Of a DNA stretch of 64,000 nt, positions 27,603 to 36,364 are shown piece by piece. The notes under the pieces are model-generated. The model was not told the DNA's origin. It worked only from the letters and a program-made list of their open reading frames with translations, and did no database searches. Location of the stretch: positions 96,001 through 160,000 of the forward strand of contig JALVSY010000016.1 in NCBI GenBank assembly GCA_027036135.1, in the 5' to 3' direction. Position numbers and translations under genes: made by a program. Each line of letters opens with the position of its first letter. The first letter of the stretch is position 1. The DNA is from Pyrodictiaceae archaeon (GTDB taxonomy: Archaea; Thermoproteota; Thermoprotei_A; Sulfolobales; Pyrodictiaceae).

Positions 27603-28871
27603 GTGCGCTATCTATTGGAAGCTCTACACCCCAGTCTTGGTATAATAGGCGAGCTAGAGGGCGAGTTGCGCGGCAAATGCATAGTGCTCGGTGTTACTGG
27701 TAGCGCCGCGGTTTATCGTAGCATTGATCTCTCGCGCCTTCTAATGAGGCTTGGCGCGAGGATAAAAGTAGTAATGACTCCTGCTGCCACCGAGCTAGTC
27801 TCGCCCACGCTCTTTGAATGGGCCACCGGATACCCAGTAGTGACTCACCTTACTGGCTCGATAGAGCACGTCCTGCTCCCCCGTAGCTGCGACGCCGTGG
27901 TTATCGCGCCTGCCTCCCTGGATACACTGGCTGAGATAGCTCAGTTTCGTGCTTCGACCCCGGTCTCGGCCTTGGCGCAGGAAGCCCTTGGACTGGGCAA
28001 GCCCGTGCTCCTTGTACCAGCGATGCACCTTGGTATGTGGAGGAGGGCGAGACCACTCGTTGCTGAGCTTAGGCGACAGGGGCTCCATGTCCTTGAGCCC
28101 TACGTGGAGGGTGAGCAGGCCAAGTACCCATCAACCGAGCTCATAGCTTGGTGGATCGAGGCCACACTGACAAGAGGGAGAGATCTTGAGGGTAGACATG
28201 TGCTCGTAACTGCTGGGCCTAGCCGCGAGCCCATAGACGCTGTACGTGTCATAACCAATCCGTCCTCGGGGAAAATGGGCCTATACTTGGCGCTCGAAGC
28301 CGCCTGGAGAGGAGCAGAAGTAACGCTACTGCATGGGCCTCTCTGCGTAAACTTGTCGCCGCAGTGGAGGAACTATGTGAAGAGCTACGAGTTTGTGCGC
28401 GCCGAGGAGGCTGCTAGGCTCATAAAGGAGCATGTTAGGGGCAAGGATGTAGCTCTTTACGCGGCTGCTATAAGCGACTATGCTCCCGCCGAGGAAGAGA
28501 GCGGCAAGATAGACTCCCACCATGTACAAGAAGTGATTATAAGGCTGAAGCAGACGCCAAAAGTCATATCTGTTGGCGTGGAGGCGGAGCCGCGCGCCAT
28601 CCACATAGGCTTCGCAGCCGAGGCGACAACGCTGAGGGAGAGGCTCATCGAGAGGGCTAAGAAGAAGCTCGAGCACTACAGGCTAGACGCCGTAGCCGCT
28701 AATAGCGTTGTTGAGCCAGGAGCCGGGTTCTGGGCTGAGACCAACCACGTCTACCTAGTGACATGGAGGGGCAACGTGGTAGAGATACCCAGGATGCACA
28801 AGAGACTGGTTGCGAGAAGAATACTCGATGCAGCTAAGGAGCTACTAGAGAAGGGGCCGCGGCCTCGCTAA
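27603..28871 (+). CDS. coaBC: Bifunctional CoaBC (Dfp)
   Basis: GVTGSAA, PAMH, TAGPSREPIDAVRVITNPSSGKMG, AAISDY and GFAAE motifs. Confidence 0.95.
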   Translation: MRYLLEALHPSLGIIGELEGELRGKCIVLGVTGSAAVYRSIDLSRLLMRLGARIKVVMTPAATELVSPTLFEWATGYPVVTHLTGSIEHVLLPRSCDAVVIAPASLDTLAEIAQFRASTPVSALAQEALGLGKPVLLVPAMHLGMWRRARPLVAELRRQGLHVLEPYVEGEQAKYPSTELIAWWIEATLTRGRDLEGRHVLVTAGPSREPIDAVRVITNPSSGKMGLYLALEAAWRGAEVTLLHGPLCVNLSPQWRNYVKSYEFVRAEEAARLIKEHVRGKDVALYAAAISDYAPAEEESGKIDSHHVQEVIIRLKQTPKVISVGVEAEPRAIHIGFAAEATTLRERLIERAKKKLEHYRLDAVAANSVVEPGAGFWAETNHVYLVTWRGNVVEIPRMHKRLVARRILDAAKELLEKGPRPR

Positions 28872-29293
28872 GCAGGCTCGGTTCCGCGGGGAGGTTTGCC
28901 AGCGTATTGGACAGCGTCCTCGAGGTCACGGAAGACCCTAACACATAGCCTCTTGCGGCCACGGAGCCTCATCTTTAGTGGAACGAGGTAGTAAACACTC
29001 CCCGTGAACGGGTCATCGGGTACCCAGAGCACAAGTATACGGTATCCCGTCTCGGCCACTGCTAGCTCCATTGCCCTGGATAATAGGGGCCTAGCCCTGT
29101 CTCCGCATGCTCTCATACGTGGCACTTCTAGCTGGTATGGCGGCTGCTGCCTCTTCTCATAGACGCGGCCACGGCCAGCGATCCACACTGTTACTGCTGC
29201 TGTGCCCCCGGGTAGTAGGCGCTCCTCTTCCTCCTCTATCTCTATCGGCTCGAGTTCCTCCTCGGGCTCGAGCTCCGGCAGCTCGAGCGCCAA
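28868..29293 (-). CDS. Hypothetical protein with acidic N-terminus
   Basis: 141-aa ORF with a TTG start after GGGGAAGGGG. Confidence 0.6.
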   Translation of the reverse strand: MALELPELEPEEELEPIEIEEEEERLLPGGTAAVTVWIAGRGRVYEKRQQPPYQLEVPRMRACGDRARPLLSRAMELAVAETGYRILVLWVPDDPFTGSVYYLVPLKMRLRGRKRLCVRVFRDLEDAVQYAGKPPRGTEPA

Positions 29294-29388
29294 GCCCCTT
29301 CCCCGATCTATATAAGTTCTAGGCGTCTCTTGTGGTTATAAGCATAGCCCATGGATTTGATTGATCCAGTGATAATAGTACGGTACTA

Positions 29389-30294
29389 CTAGGCCTGCCT
29401 AGCTCGCCAAGCGACACCATTCTCTGTGGCCAGGGGCTCTACTAGGTCCTCCTCCTCTAGCCACGCTATTACCGAGACGAGGGCTGTTCTATTAAGGAGT
29501 AGCTGGCGGGGATTAGGCTCTGCAGCGGATAGATCTCGAGTCGCTAAGTAGGCTAGCTTGTCCAGGGTTAGTGGGCCGTGCTCCCTAATGGCTCCTAGTA
29601 CGTACTCCTTTACCCTCTTCACTGCCTGTATGTTCGCGTCTATCATCGCTACCGCTCTCTTCGCTTCAGCAACCGGGCCGTGGCCAGGAACTATCCTGTA
29701 GCCGGCTTCTGCTAGTTCTCTTAGCCTTGCTAGGCTCTCTCGCCACTCTCTTAGATCAGCTGCAAAGGGTATACCGAACCTAGCCAATACTCTTTCGCCG
29801 AGAACCGCGTCGCCCGCTGCAACTACCTGGTCGTCTTCGATAACGATGCCGCTGTGGCCATGCGTATGCCCGTGGAGGTCCAGGCTCCGGATACCTGGCA
29901 ATACTTCCTCGCTCCATCCGAAGGTATTGGTTACTCTTAGGGCTACTGGCGGCATGGCTGCTAAGGCTTCCGAGATAACACCGCCATAAACGACATTGAA
30001 CCTCGCCTTGACGCTCTCCACCAGGGCTAAGCAGAGCCTATGTGCACGAACCCTTGTATCAGAGCTAAGCAACCCGGGGGCTGCCGCTAAGTGATCGGTG
30101 TGGCCATGCGTGAGCACTATGTCCGTTAAGCTGAGCCCAAGGCTTCCCAGCGCCTCTGTTATTGTCTTATCGCGGTCAGCTCCTATACCGGGGTCAATAA
30201 CGGCTACGCGGTCACCAAGGTTAACGATGATGGTATTAGGGCTACCCGGTACAAGCCATGTATGCTCTCCGAGGCGGCGAGGCTTCCTAGCCAA
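29389..30294 (-). CDS. Metallo-beta-lactamase-fold hydrolase
   Basis: THGHTDH, GHTHGH, AGD and PGHG motifs. Confidence 0.92.
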   Translation of the reverse strand: MARKPRRLGEHTWLVPGSPNTIIVNLGDRVAVIDPGIGADRDKTITEALGSLGLSLTDIVLTHGHTDHLAAAPGLLSSDTRVRAHRLCLALVESVKARFNVVYGGVISEALAAMPPVALRVTNTFGWSEEVLPGIRSLDLHGHTHGHSGIVIEDDQVVAAGDAVLGERVLARFGIPFAADLREWRESLARLRELAEAGYRIVPGHGPVAEAKRAVAMIDANIQAVKRVKEYVLGAIREHGPLTLDKLAYLATRDLSAAEPNPRQLLLNRTALVSVIAWLEEEDLVEPLATENGVAWRARQA

Positions 30295-30406
30295 TCCCTA
30301 GCACCTAGCCTCAGCCTACAAGCGTCTCGGTGAAAAGCCCTTACGCTACACCGCAAATAGTACGGTAGGGAAACTAAATCAGTGTACCCGGGTCTATGAC
30401 TAAGAC

Positions 30407-30529
30407 TTGCGGGCAGCTCACCCGCCTGACGCCGGGGAAGCGCCCCGCTATAGAGGGGATGAGGGCGGGGTCCACAGGGCGGCGAATACCTCCCTTTATC
30501 TTCTACTAGTTTCTATGAGTGGAGAGTAA
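30407..30529 (+). promoter_or_regulatory. GC-rich structured leader of the DUF364 gene, Moco/Wco-riboswitch-like
   Basis: Ordered elements TTGC-GGG, CCTGA..hairpin..CTATAG, CAGGG..CCTCCC, TTTAT/ATGAG stem and TGG-AGA-GTAA just before the RBS. Confidence 0.3.
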
Positions 30530-30535
30530 TGGGGT

Positions 30536-31363
30536 ATGAGTAGCCGGGATGAGTGGGGCTGGCTTGGTAAAGCGCTACGCAGTGTGCTTGACTCCGAGCT
30601 ACGGAGATGGGGAGGCTTAAGACTCGTTGATGCTTTTATTGGTCCCCGTTATTCTTATGTGGAGTTGGATGGTGGATTGTGTGGTGTAGCTTATTCTCCT
30701 AGGGAGACTGGGCGGGTCGTAGAGGAGCTAGAGCATGCTACTCCCCGGTATCTTGCTCGGCTCGTTGAGCGTGGTCTCGGGGGCGGGGCTGCTTCGCTCG
30801 CACTAGCCGCCGCAAATGCTGCCACAATGGCGTGGATCTACGAGACCCCGGATCCACCAATTCTCATCGAGGCGCGTCTCAGTGATTTCATTGAGCTACG
30901 CAGCGGCGATGTTGTGGCAGTTATTGGGTTCATGAGAGGAGTTGTAGAGGAGCTAGTGAACAGAGCGAGTAAGGTCTATGTTATAGAGCTTAGTGAGGAG
31001 CTAAGGCAAGAGGCCAGCGGCATCAGCGGCGTAGAGGTCCTCGGCGCTGAGGACGGCATGAAGGTTCTCCCCCAAGTATCCGTGCTGGTGGCAACTGGTA
31101 GTGCGCTCCTCTACCCAGCTATATTCCGGCAGCAACTAGCCAAGGCGAGGAATGCCCGAGAGAGAGTAATTGTTGGCCCCACGTCTAGTTTCCACCCGCG
31201 CTTAGCAAGGCTTCTAGGCCTTACGGGGCTTGGCGGGGTATACATTGATCCATCGCTTTGCAGGATTCTGAGATGGCATGTCGCGGGCGGGGGAGGGATT
31301 CATAGCCTTAGGCGCCGGAGCTCCAAGCCCCCCTTGCTCCCGAGGTTCTTTGCTAGGGCTTAG
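30536..31363 (+). CDS. DUF364/COG2014-family Rossmann-like protein
   Basis: CGVAYS, SLALAAANA, VAVIGF, VATGSAL and IVGPTSS motifs. Confidence 0.82.
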   Translation: MSSRDEWGWLGKALRSVLDSELRRWGGLRLVDAFIGPRYSYVELDGGLCGVAYSPRETGRVVEELEHATPRYLARLVERGLGGGAASLALAAANAATMAWIYETPDPPILIEARLSDFIELRSGDVVAVIGFMRGVVEELVNRASKVYVIELSEELRQEASGISGVEVLGAEDGMKVLPQVSVLVATGSALLYPAIFRQQLAKARNARERVIVGPTSSFHPRLARLLGLTGLGGVYIDPSLCRILRWHVAGGGGIHSLRRRSSKPPLLPRFFARA

Positions 31364-32682
31364 GCCTGTGTACGCATACCCCATTCACGGAGAGCGTTCA
31401 CGCCCATGTATATCCCGCGCTGCATTACATGAAGCAGATAGAGGCTCTGAGGCTGCTTTATCTCGTAGCACTTGTTCTCCGATGGCTCTTCACCGAGCAT
31501 GTGTAGTACAGATGATATAAGCGAGGCCATTTTCACCGCATTATCGCCGAATCTCTTGATTATCTCTTGTGGACAGAATCTTAACCCGAATAGCTGAGTT
31601 GACAAGTAGTAGAGTAAGTCCTCGCTAGGTGCAACCTCGAGACCGCGGATGGCAGAGAACCCTCTCTCATATACTAGCTTCACGTACTTATTGACGCTGA
31701 ATGTGTTGACGTAGACGTATTTCCCGAGGCGTGCTATCCCGCTAAGACCTATTGCGAGAAACTTATCATAGTCTACTATATATTCGTCAACGAGTTCGGA
31801 GCCTTTGTCCATGCACCAGGGAGTGGCTGGCTTATAACCATGCCTAGCTGCTTCCTCGAGGATCACTTGATAGAGTAGTCGCTCATGTGGGTGCCAAGGC
31901 CCCTCTCTTCTACGCCTCTCATATTCTCGTAGTCCTGGTGCCGGCATTAAGGGGTAGAATGTTACCTGGTCTGCGCCTAGCTCTAGGGCTTTGCTTGCCT
32001 CCTCTCGTATTATCTCTGGTGTATCGCTCTTCACACCCCATAGCATGTCTATGTTAAGGGTCTTGAACTTGCCCCTAGCAGCCCTAACTGCCTCTAAGGA
32101 GTGCTCTACGCTGTGGTGGAGTCGCCCGAGCTCCCGGAGCCTATCATCGCGTAATGCTTGTACGCCTATGCTGAGCCTCGTCACTCCCACTGAGCGCAGG
32201 ACACTGACAGCATCATCGTTTATATCTAGGGGACTTGCCTCTGTTGACACACTTATGGCTCTTCCATAGTAGCTGCGAAGAAGATCTATGAACTCTGCTA
32301 ACGAGTATACGTTTATTGATGGTGTTCCGCCACCTATGTAGACTACCTGTATCCTCGGGTTCTCCGCGACCGTTGCTAGCCACTCAGCCTCCTTCTTTAT
32401 AGCGGCCATGTAGTCGGTATAGGCCTTTGGCTCGTACGCGTACCGTACAAAGCAACAGAACTTGCACAGCGGTGTATGGCAGAAGGGCATGTGGACGTAG
32501 AGCGCATAGTCCCCGGGCTCGAGAGACGCTAGGTACTTGACGTGCTTCTCCCCGTTAAGGTTACTTGCCTCGATTTTCTCGAAGAAGCTTTCTACCCTTT
32601 TAGTTACAAGCGGGCCAAGTATCTTACCGAGGACTTGGACTGTTCTGGGAACCGCTGAAGCATCTATACTACTTGTTGGCAT
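31360..32682 (-). CDS. HemN-like class C radical SAM enzyme, MenK/MqnK-like menaquinone methyltransferase
   Basis: LYVHMPFCHTPLCKFC, YIGGGTP, RLSIGVQ and QVTFYPLM motifs. Confidence 0.7.
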   Translation of the reverse strand: MPTSSIDASAVPRTVQVLGKILGPLVTKRVESFFEKIEASNLNGEKHVKYLASLEPGDYALYVHMPFCHTPLCKFCCFVRYAYEPKAYTDYMAAIKKEAEWLATVAENPRIQVVYIGGGTPSINVYSLAEFIDLLRSYYGRAISVSTEASPLDINDDAVSVLRSVGVTRLSIGVQALRDDRLRELGRLHHSVEHSLEAVRAARGKFKTLNIDMLWGVKSDTPEIIREEASKALELGADQVTFYPLMPAPGLREYERRRREGPWHPHERLLYQVILEEAARHGYKPATPWCMDKGSELVDEYIVDYDKFLAIGLSGIARLGKYVYVNTFSVNKYVKLVYERGFSAIRGLEVAPSEDLLYYLSTQLFGLRFCPQEIIKRFGDNAVKMASLISSVLHMLGEEPSENKCYEIKQPQSLYLLHVMQRGIYMGVNALREWGMRTQA

Positions 32683-32843
32683 TTTATTTCATCTCGTCTA
32701 TTTTTCCCTAAACCCGGGCTATGCTTCATAGATACCCCGGGTTAATAGGAAAGGTGTCGGATATGTGCGAGCCGTCTCTGCATCCATAGCTCTTAAGCCT
32801 AGGCGCCTATTCTTCATAAAGTAATACCGTTAGCATAGTATGC

Positions 32844-35054
32844 TTGGTGGAGAGAGACAACCCTGATACACTCGCCTCTCCTCAGGAGAAACACCGCCAA
32901 GACTACGAGGGCCGGACAGCATTGGTAAGACCGGGAAGCGTTGCTCAGCCTATAGGGATGGTTACTGGAGATGCTAGGCCAGACTACTTCATATTTACAG
33001 CGGATCCTGATAACATACCGCCGCTCTACGACTACGTCTATGTTGAGGCCAAGGAGGTTCCACCGGGCGAGACAGAGCCAGTAACTGTAAAGATTCTTGC
33101 GCAGATACGCGGCATTAAGCGCTCAGCAATCGGAGTCTCCCCCGAGCACCCATGGCCCGTTCTGCGCAACCTCTCCCTCCCAAGGGGCAGCGACACCGTC
33201 GTGGCCGCCGCGAAGGTTCTCGGGTACAAGTGGCGCGGAGGGATATACTATCCGCGGCACGCGCCCCCCGTAGGTACATGGGTCTACTTGGCCCCGGACA
33301 AGCTCCTCGAGGAATTCTACTCCGTTGAGGAGGCTAGAAGGCTTCATGTGGGCTACCTTATCTCGAGACCAACTGTTCCGGCCTTCCTCGATCTTGAGGG
33401 AGTTAAGCGTCACGTAGCAATCATAGCTGCTACTGGTGCTGGCAAGACATGGGCAAGCGTGGTACTCATAGAGGAGTTACTGAAGAAGGGAGCAACAATA
33501 ATCGTGCTTGACCCCCACGGCGAGTACACTGCCATGAAGAGGACTGTTCATAGACTAGGCAAGGGCTACGAGAACGCAGTGAGGATTATCAAGGGGCACC
33601 GGGAGCAGGACGGTGATATACAGTACAGCATCAGCATCGCCGATATGACTGCCGAGGAGCTCGCCTCTATAGCTGGCGTGCCCTCGAAGGCCACTAGGAT
33701 AAGGAGCGTAATCTATGGCGCGAAGAGGCTCTCTAGGTGGATGGCTGAGGCAACCGGCGAGCCTAGGTGGAGGGGACTAAGAGGCATAATAAGAATAATA
33801 CAAGCAGCTATCGATGCCGCTGAGATTACCAGGACACAGGGGAATATGAGGCTTGAAGTCTTTGCCCAGAACCTAGCTACGAGGCTCGCTATGAAAGCTG
33901 GTAAGGCCCAAGATGAGCTAAAAACTATTCAGCAGAGGCTCCGAGAACTCACAGCTCTCGACGAGGGTGTCGGAAAAGGTATTAGGAGACTATGGCTGAG
34001 CCTCGGCAGAGATACGTCACCAGGCTATGACGCGATAAGGTACCTCGACGAGCTCGTGAGGATAGGCGTCTATGGTACTCGTACCATCCCGCTTGACGTG
34101 TTGCTTGAGCCGGGCACTGTGACGGTAATTAATCTTGCTGGTCTTAGAGCCGAGGTACAGGATCACCTAGTCTACAATATCCTCTACAGAGTATTTAGTG
34201 CACGACTACGCTACCTTAGACGACTACCAGGAGAGAGCTACCCATACCCTGTTGTCGTTGTGCTCGAGGAGGCTCATAGATTCGTTCCCCCGAGAACCCA
34301 GAGGCAGACGAGAAGCAGAGACATAGTTGCCACAATAGCCTCTGAGGGTAGGAAGTTCGGCGTATTCCTGGTAGCTATAACTCAGAGGCCTAGCCGGCTT
34401 GACCCCGATGTGCTGAGCCAGCTCCAGGGCCAGATAATCCTCAGAATAGTTAACCCAAGGGACCAGGAAGCTATACGTGACTCTAGCGAGCAGGTAAGCC
34501 AAGACTTACTAGATAACCTGCCAGGGCTGAATACAGGCGAGGCAGTTGTTGTTGGGCCATTGTCTCCGGCGCCCATTATGATGAGGCTACGTGACCGCGT
34601 ACTGAGCTATAGTGGAGGCGACATAAGCCTCGTAGAGGCATGGAGCGGTACTAGGAGTGATCTAAGAGTCATCGAGGAGCTTCGCAGAGAGATCATGGAG
34701 AAGGTGACTAGTATCACGGGTGACCGCTATGCTGGTGTCGCAGAGGCTCTCTCGGAGCTAACTGGGCTCGATATATCGCCTAGCTCTGCTGACCATGCGC
34801 TGAGACTTATTGTTAGGGAGAGTGTATGGGCTAGTTTCAACGAAGAGTTGGGAATAGTCTCTGGCGAGGTCGTTTACCATGATGGCAGGAGCTGCGAGGC
34901 CCGGGTAGACCTCGAGTCTAGGAAAACTAGTTGCTCGTGTTGCGGCGAGAGGCTCTGCGGTCACGTAGTCGCTGTCCTTATCCGAGCACTACTCGATGAT
35001 CTCCTAGCGCCTACACGTGGTGTCTCTGAGGAGCCTTGGTCAGAGCTGCTCTGA
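32844..35054 (+). CDS. herA: HerA-family ATPase with a C-terminal SWIM zinc finger
   Basis: HAS-barrel-like N-terminus, AATGAGKT, VVLEEAHRF, EGRKFG and TQRP motifs, C-terminal CSC-x5-CGH. Confidence 0.85.
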   Translation: MVERDNPDTLASPQEKHRQDYEGRTALVRPGSVAQPIGMVTGDARPDYFIFTADPDNIPPLYDYVYVEAKEVPPGETEPVTVKILAQIRGIKRSAIGVSPEHPWPVLRNLSLPRGSDTVVAAAKVLGYKWRGGIYYPRHAPPVGTWVYLAPDKLLEEFYSVEEARRLHVGYLISRPTVPAFLDLEGVKRHVAIIAATGAGKTWASVVLIEELLKKGATIIVLDPHGEYTAMKRTVHRLGKGYENAVRIIKGHREQDGDIQYSISIADMTAEELASIAGVPSKATRIRSVIYGAKRLSRWMAEATGEPRWRGLRGIIRIIQAAIDAAEITRTQGNMRLEVFAQNLATRLAMKAGKAQDELKTIQQRLRELTALDEGVGKGIRRLWLSLGRDTSPGYDAIRYLDELVRIGVYGTRTIPLDVLLEPGTVTVINLAGLRAEVQDHLVYNILYRVFSARLRYLRRLPGESYPYPVVVVLEEAHRFVPPRTQRQTRSRDIVATIASEGRKFGVFLVAITQRPSRLDPDVLSQLQGQIILRIVNPRDQEAIRDSSEQVSQDLLDNLPGLNTGEAVVVGPLSPAPIMMRLRDRVLSYSGGDISLVEAWSGTRSDLRVIEELRREIMEKVTSITGDRYAGVAEALSELTGLDISPSSADHALRLIVRESVWASFNEELGIVSGEVVYHDGRSCEARVDLESRKTSCSCCGERLCGHVVAVLIRALLDDLLAPTRGVSEEPWSELL

Positions 35055-35232
35055 CGGACTACTCCTTCTATTTAAGCTTATTCCTACATCGCCTCGGGGC
35101 AAGCGACCAAGAGGTTTTAACGCACAGCCATGAGTAGAGTACTTGCAGAGGTGCTACACACCACCCATCGCCTATCTACTCAGGAGAATAGAGAATCCCT
35201 CTTGACCACGCGTAGAGGAGGGCTGGTATGGT

Positions 35233-36099
35233 GTGTCCATAACAGTAGCGCTCATACACATGAGGCTTAAGCCCCTAGCCAAGAAGAGTAATCTCGAGAA
35301 AGCAAGGAAGCTCGTGAGAGAAGCAGCGCTAAAGGGTGCAAGCGTCGCCGTGCTTCCCTCCTTTGTTAATACGGGTCCCTTCTTCCTCTACTATCCACGT
35401 ACTCGTAACAAGTCAATAGCCCGTAACCAGGCTGAACGTGTACCTGGTAGCACCTTCGAGTACTTGTCGATGATGGCGATAGAGAATGGCATCTACTTGA
35501 TAGCTGGCCCCATAGTTGAGAGAGCTGGGCCGAAGATGTTCCTCACGACACTAGTGATAATGCCCAATGGCGCGCTGCTTACAAAGTATCGTAAGATAAG
35601 TTGTAACATTGTTGACGAGGATCTAGGGATAAGCCCTGGCAGAGAAGTAGTAGTATTCAATGAAGTAGGTAGAGCAATGGGCATAATGTCGGAGGACGAT
35701 ATCTACTACCCAGAGATAGCGCGCGCCCTCCTCCTGGGGGGCGCAACAGCATTTGTCACCACGCTAAGGCCCGGCGAGGATGTGAACAAGGTTAAGCTTA
35801 CACTCCTAGCCAGGAGCATGGAGAATAAGGTACCAATACTCGCTGTTGGAGGCGCGTTCGAGACCGTAGAAAACGTAATAGATATCCCGACAATGGTTGT
35901 TGACCCGCAGAACGGTATCGTAGAGGAGATCAATGAGCCCAAGGATACTTTTCTCCTAGTAGAGGTAATGGAGAAGCCTAGCAACATGCGGGACATAGTT
36001 GATGCAAGCCTACGAGCAAAAACCCTTGCATCAATACTCTGCAAAGCAGCCAAGGAAAGCCTAATAGAGAACCTTGTATCGAAATACCGCCAACAATAA
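35233..36099 (+). CDS. Carbon-nitrogen hydrolase (nitrilase) fold protein with an altered catalytic triad
   Basis: Nitrilase pattern (NLEKA...VLPS, YRK, PG, G..SEDD..YPE) with Glu changed to Ser and Cys changed to Glu. Confidence 0.8.
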   Translation: MSITVALIHMRLKPLAKKSNLEKARKLVREAALKGASVAVLPSFVNTGPFFLYYPRTRNKSIARNQAERVPGSTFEYLSMMAIENGIYLIAGPIVERAGPKMFLTTLVIMPNGALLTKYRKISCNIVDEDLGISPGREVVVFNEVGRAMGIMSEDDIYYPEIARALLLGGATAFVTTLRPGEDVNKVKLTLLARSMENKVPILAVGGAFETVENVIDIPTMVVDPQNGIVEEINEPKDTFLLVEVMEKPSNMRDIVDASLRAKTLASILCKAAKESLIENLVSKYRQQ

Positions 36100-36282
36100 T
36101 CATTAATTAAAATCCAACAATACTACGGAAAATGCAAGCTTAGTACTATTGATAAAAACCACTACGCCGGGCAGAGTGCTAAGCCTAGGATTATCTATAC
36201 GTGCCCCGCTTCTCTTAATGCTAGCTTATGGGATGCTCCTCTTATGCTAGCACTAATTGTGTGGCCCTTTACGCCTCGTTTT

Positions 36283-36340
36283 ATAACCTGGTTATCTGTT
36301 CAAAGCCAACTTATTTTTAGACCTGGTTAACACGAGTTAA
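36283..36340. promoter_or_regulatory. Palindromic operator-like sites upstream of the thiamine-binding protein gene
   Basis: ATAACC-T-GGTTAT (36283-36295), a second ACCTGGTTA (36321-36329) and TTAAC-N4-GTTAA. Confidence 0.5.
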
Positions 36341-36364
36341 ATAATATCGTGGAGAGGAGAAGCC

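Noticed and set aside
27900-28150. CoaBC lacking the bacterial PAMN and GxLACG decarboxylase motifs
   Set aside because: This is a known feature of archaeal Dfp proteins.
30421-30476. H/ACA reading of the DUF364 leader
   Set aside because: ACA is only about 4 nt from the stem, leaving no room for a pocket at the 14-16 nt distance.
36180-36360. TPP riboswitch upstream of thiB
   Set aside because: No CUGAGA or ACCUGAU...GUAGGGA core.
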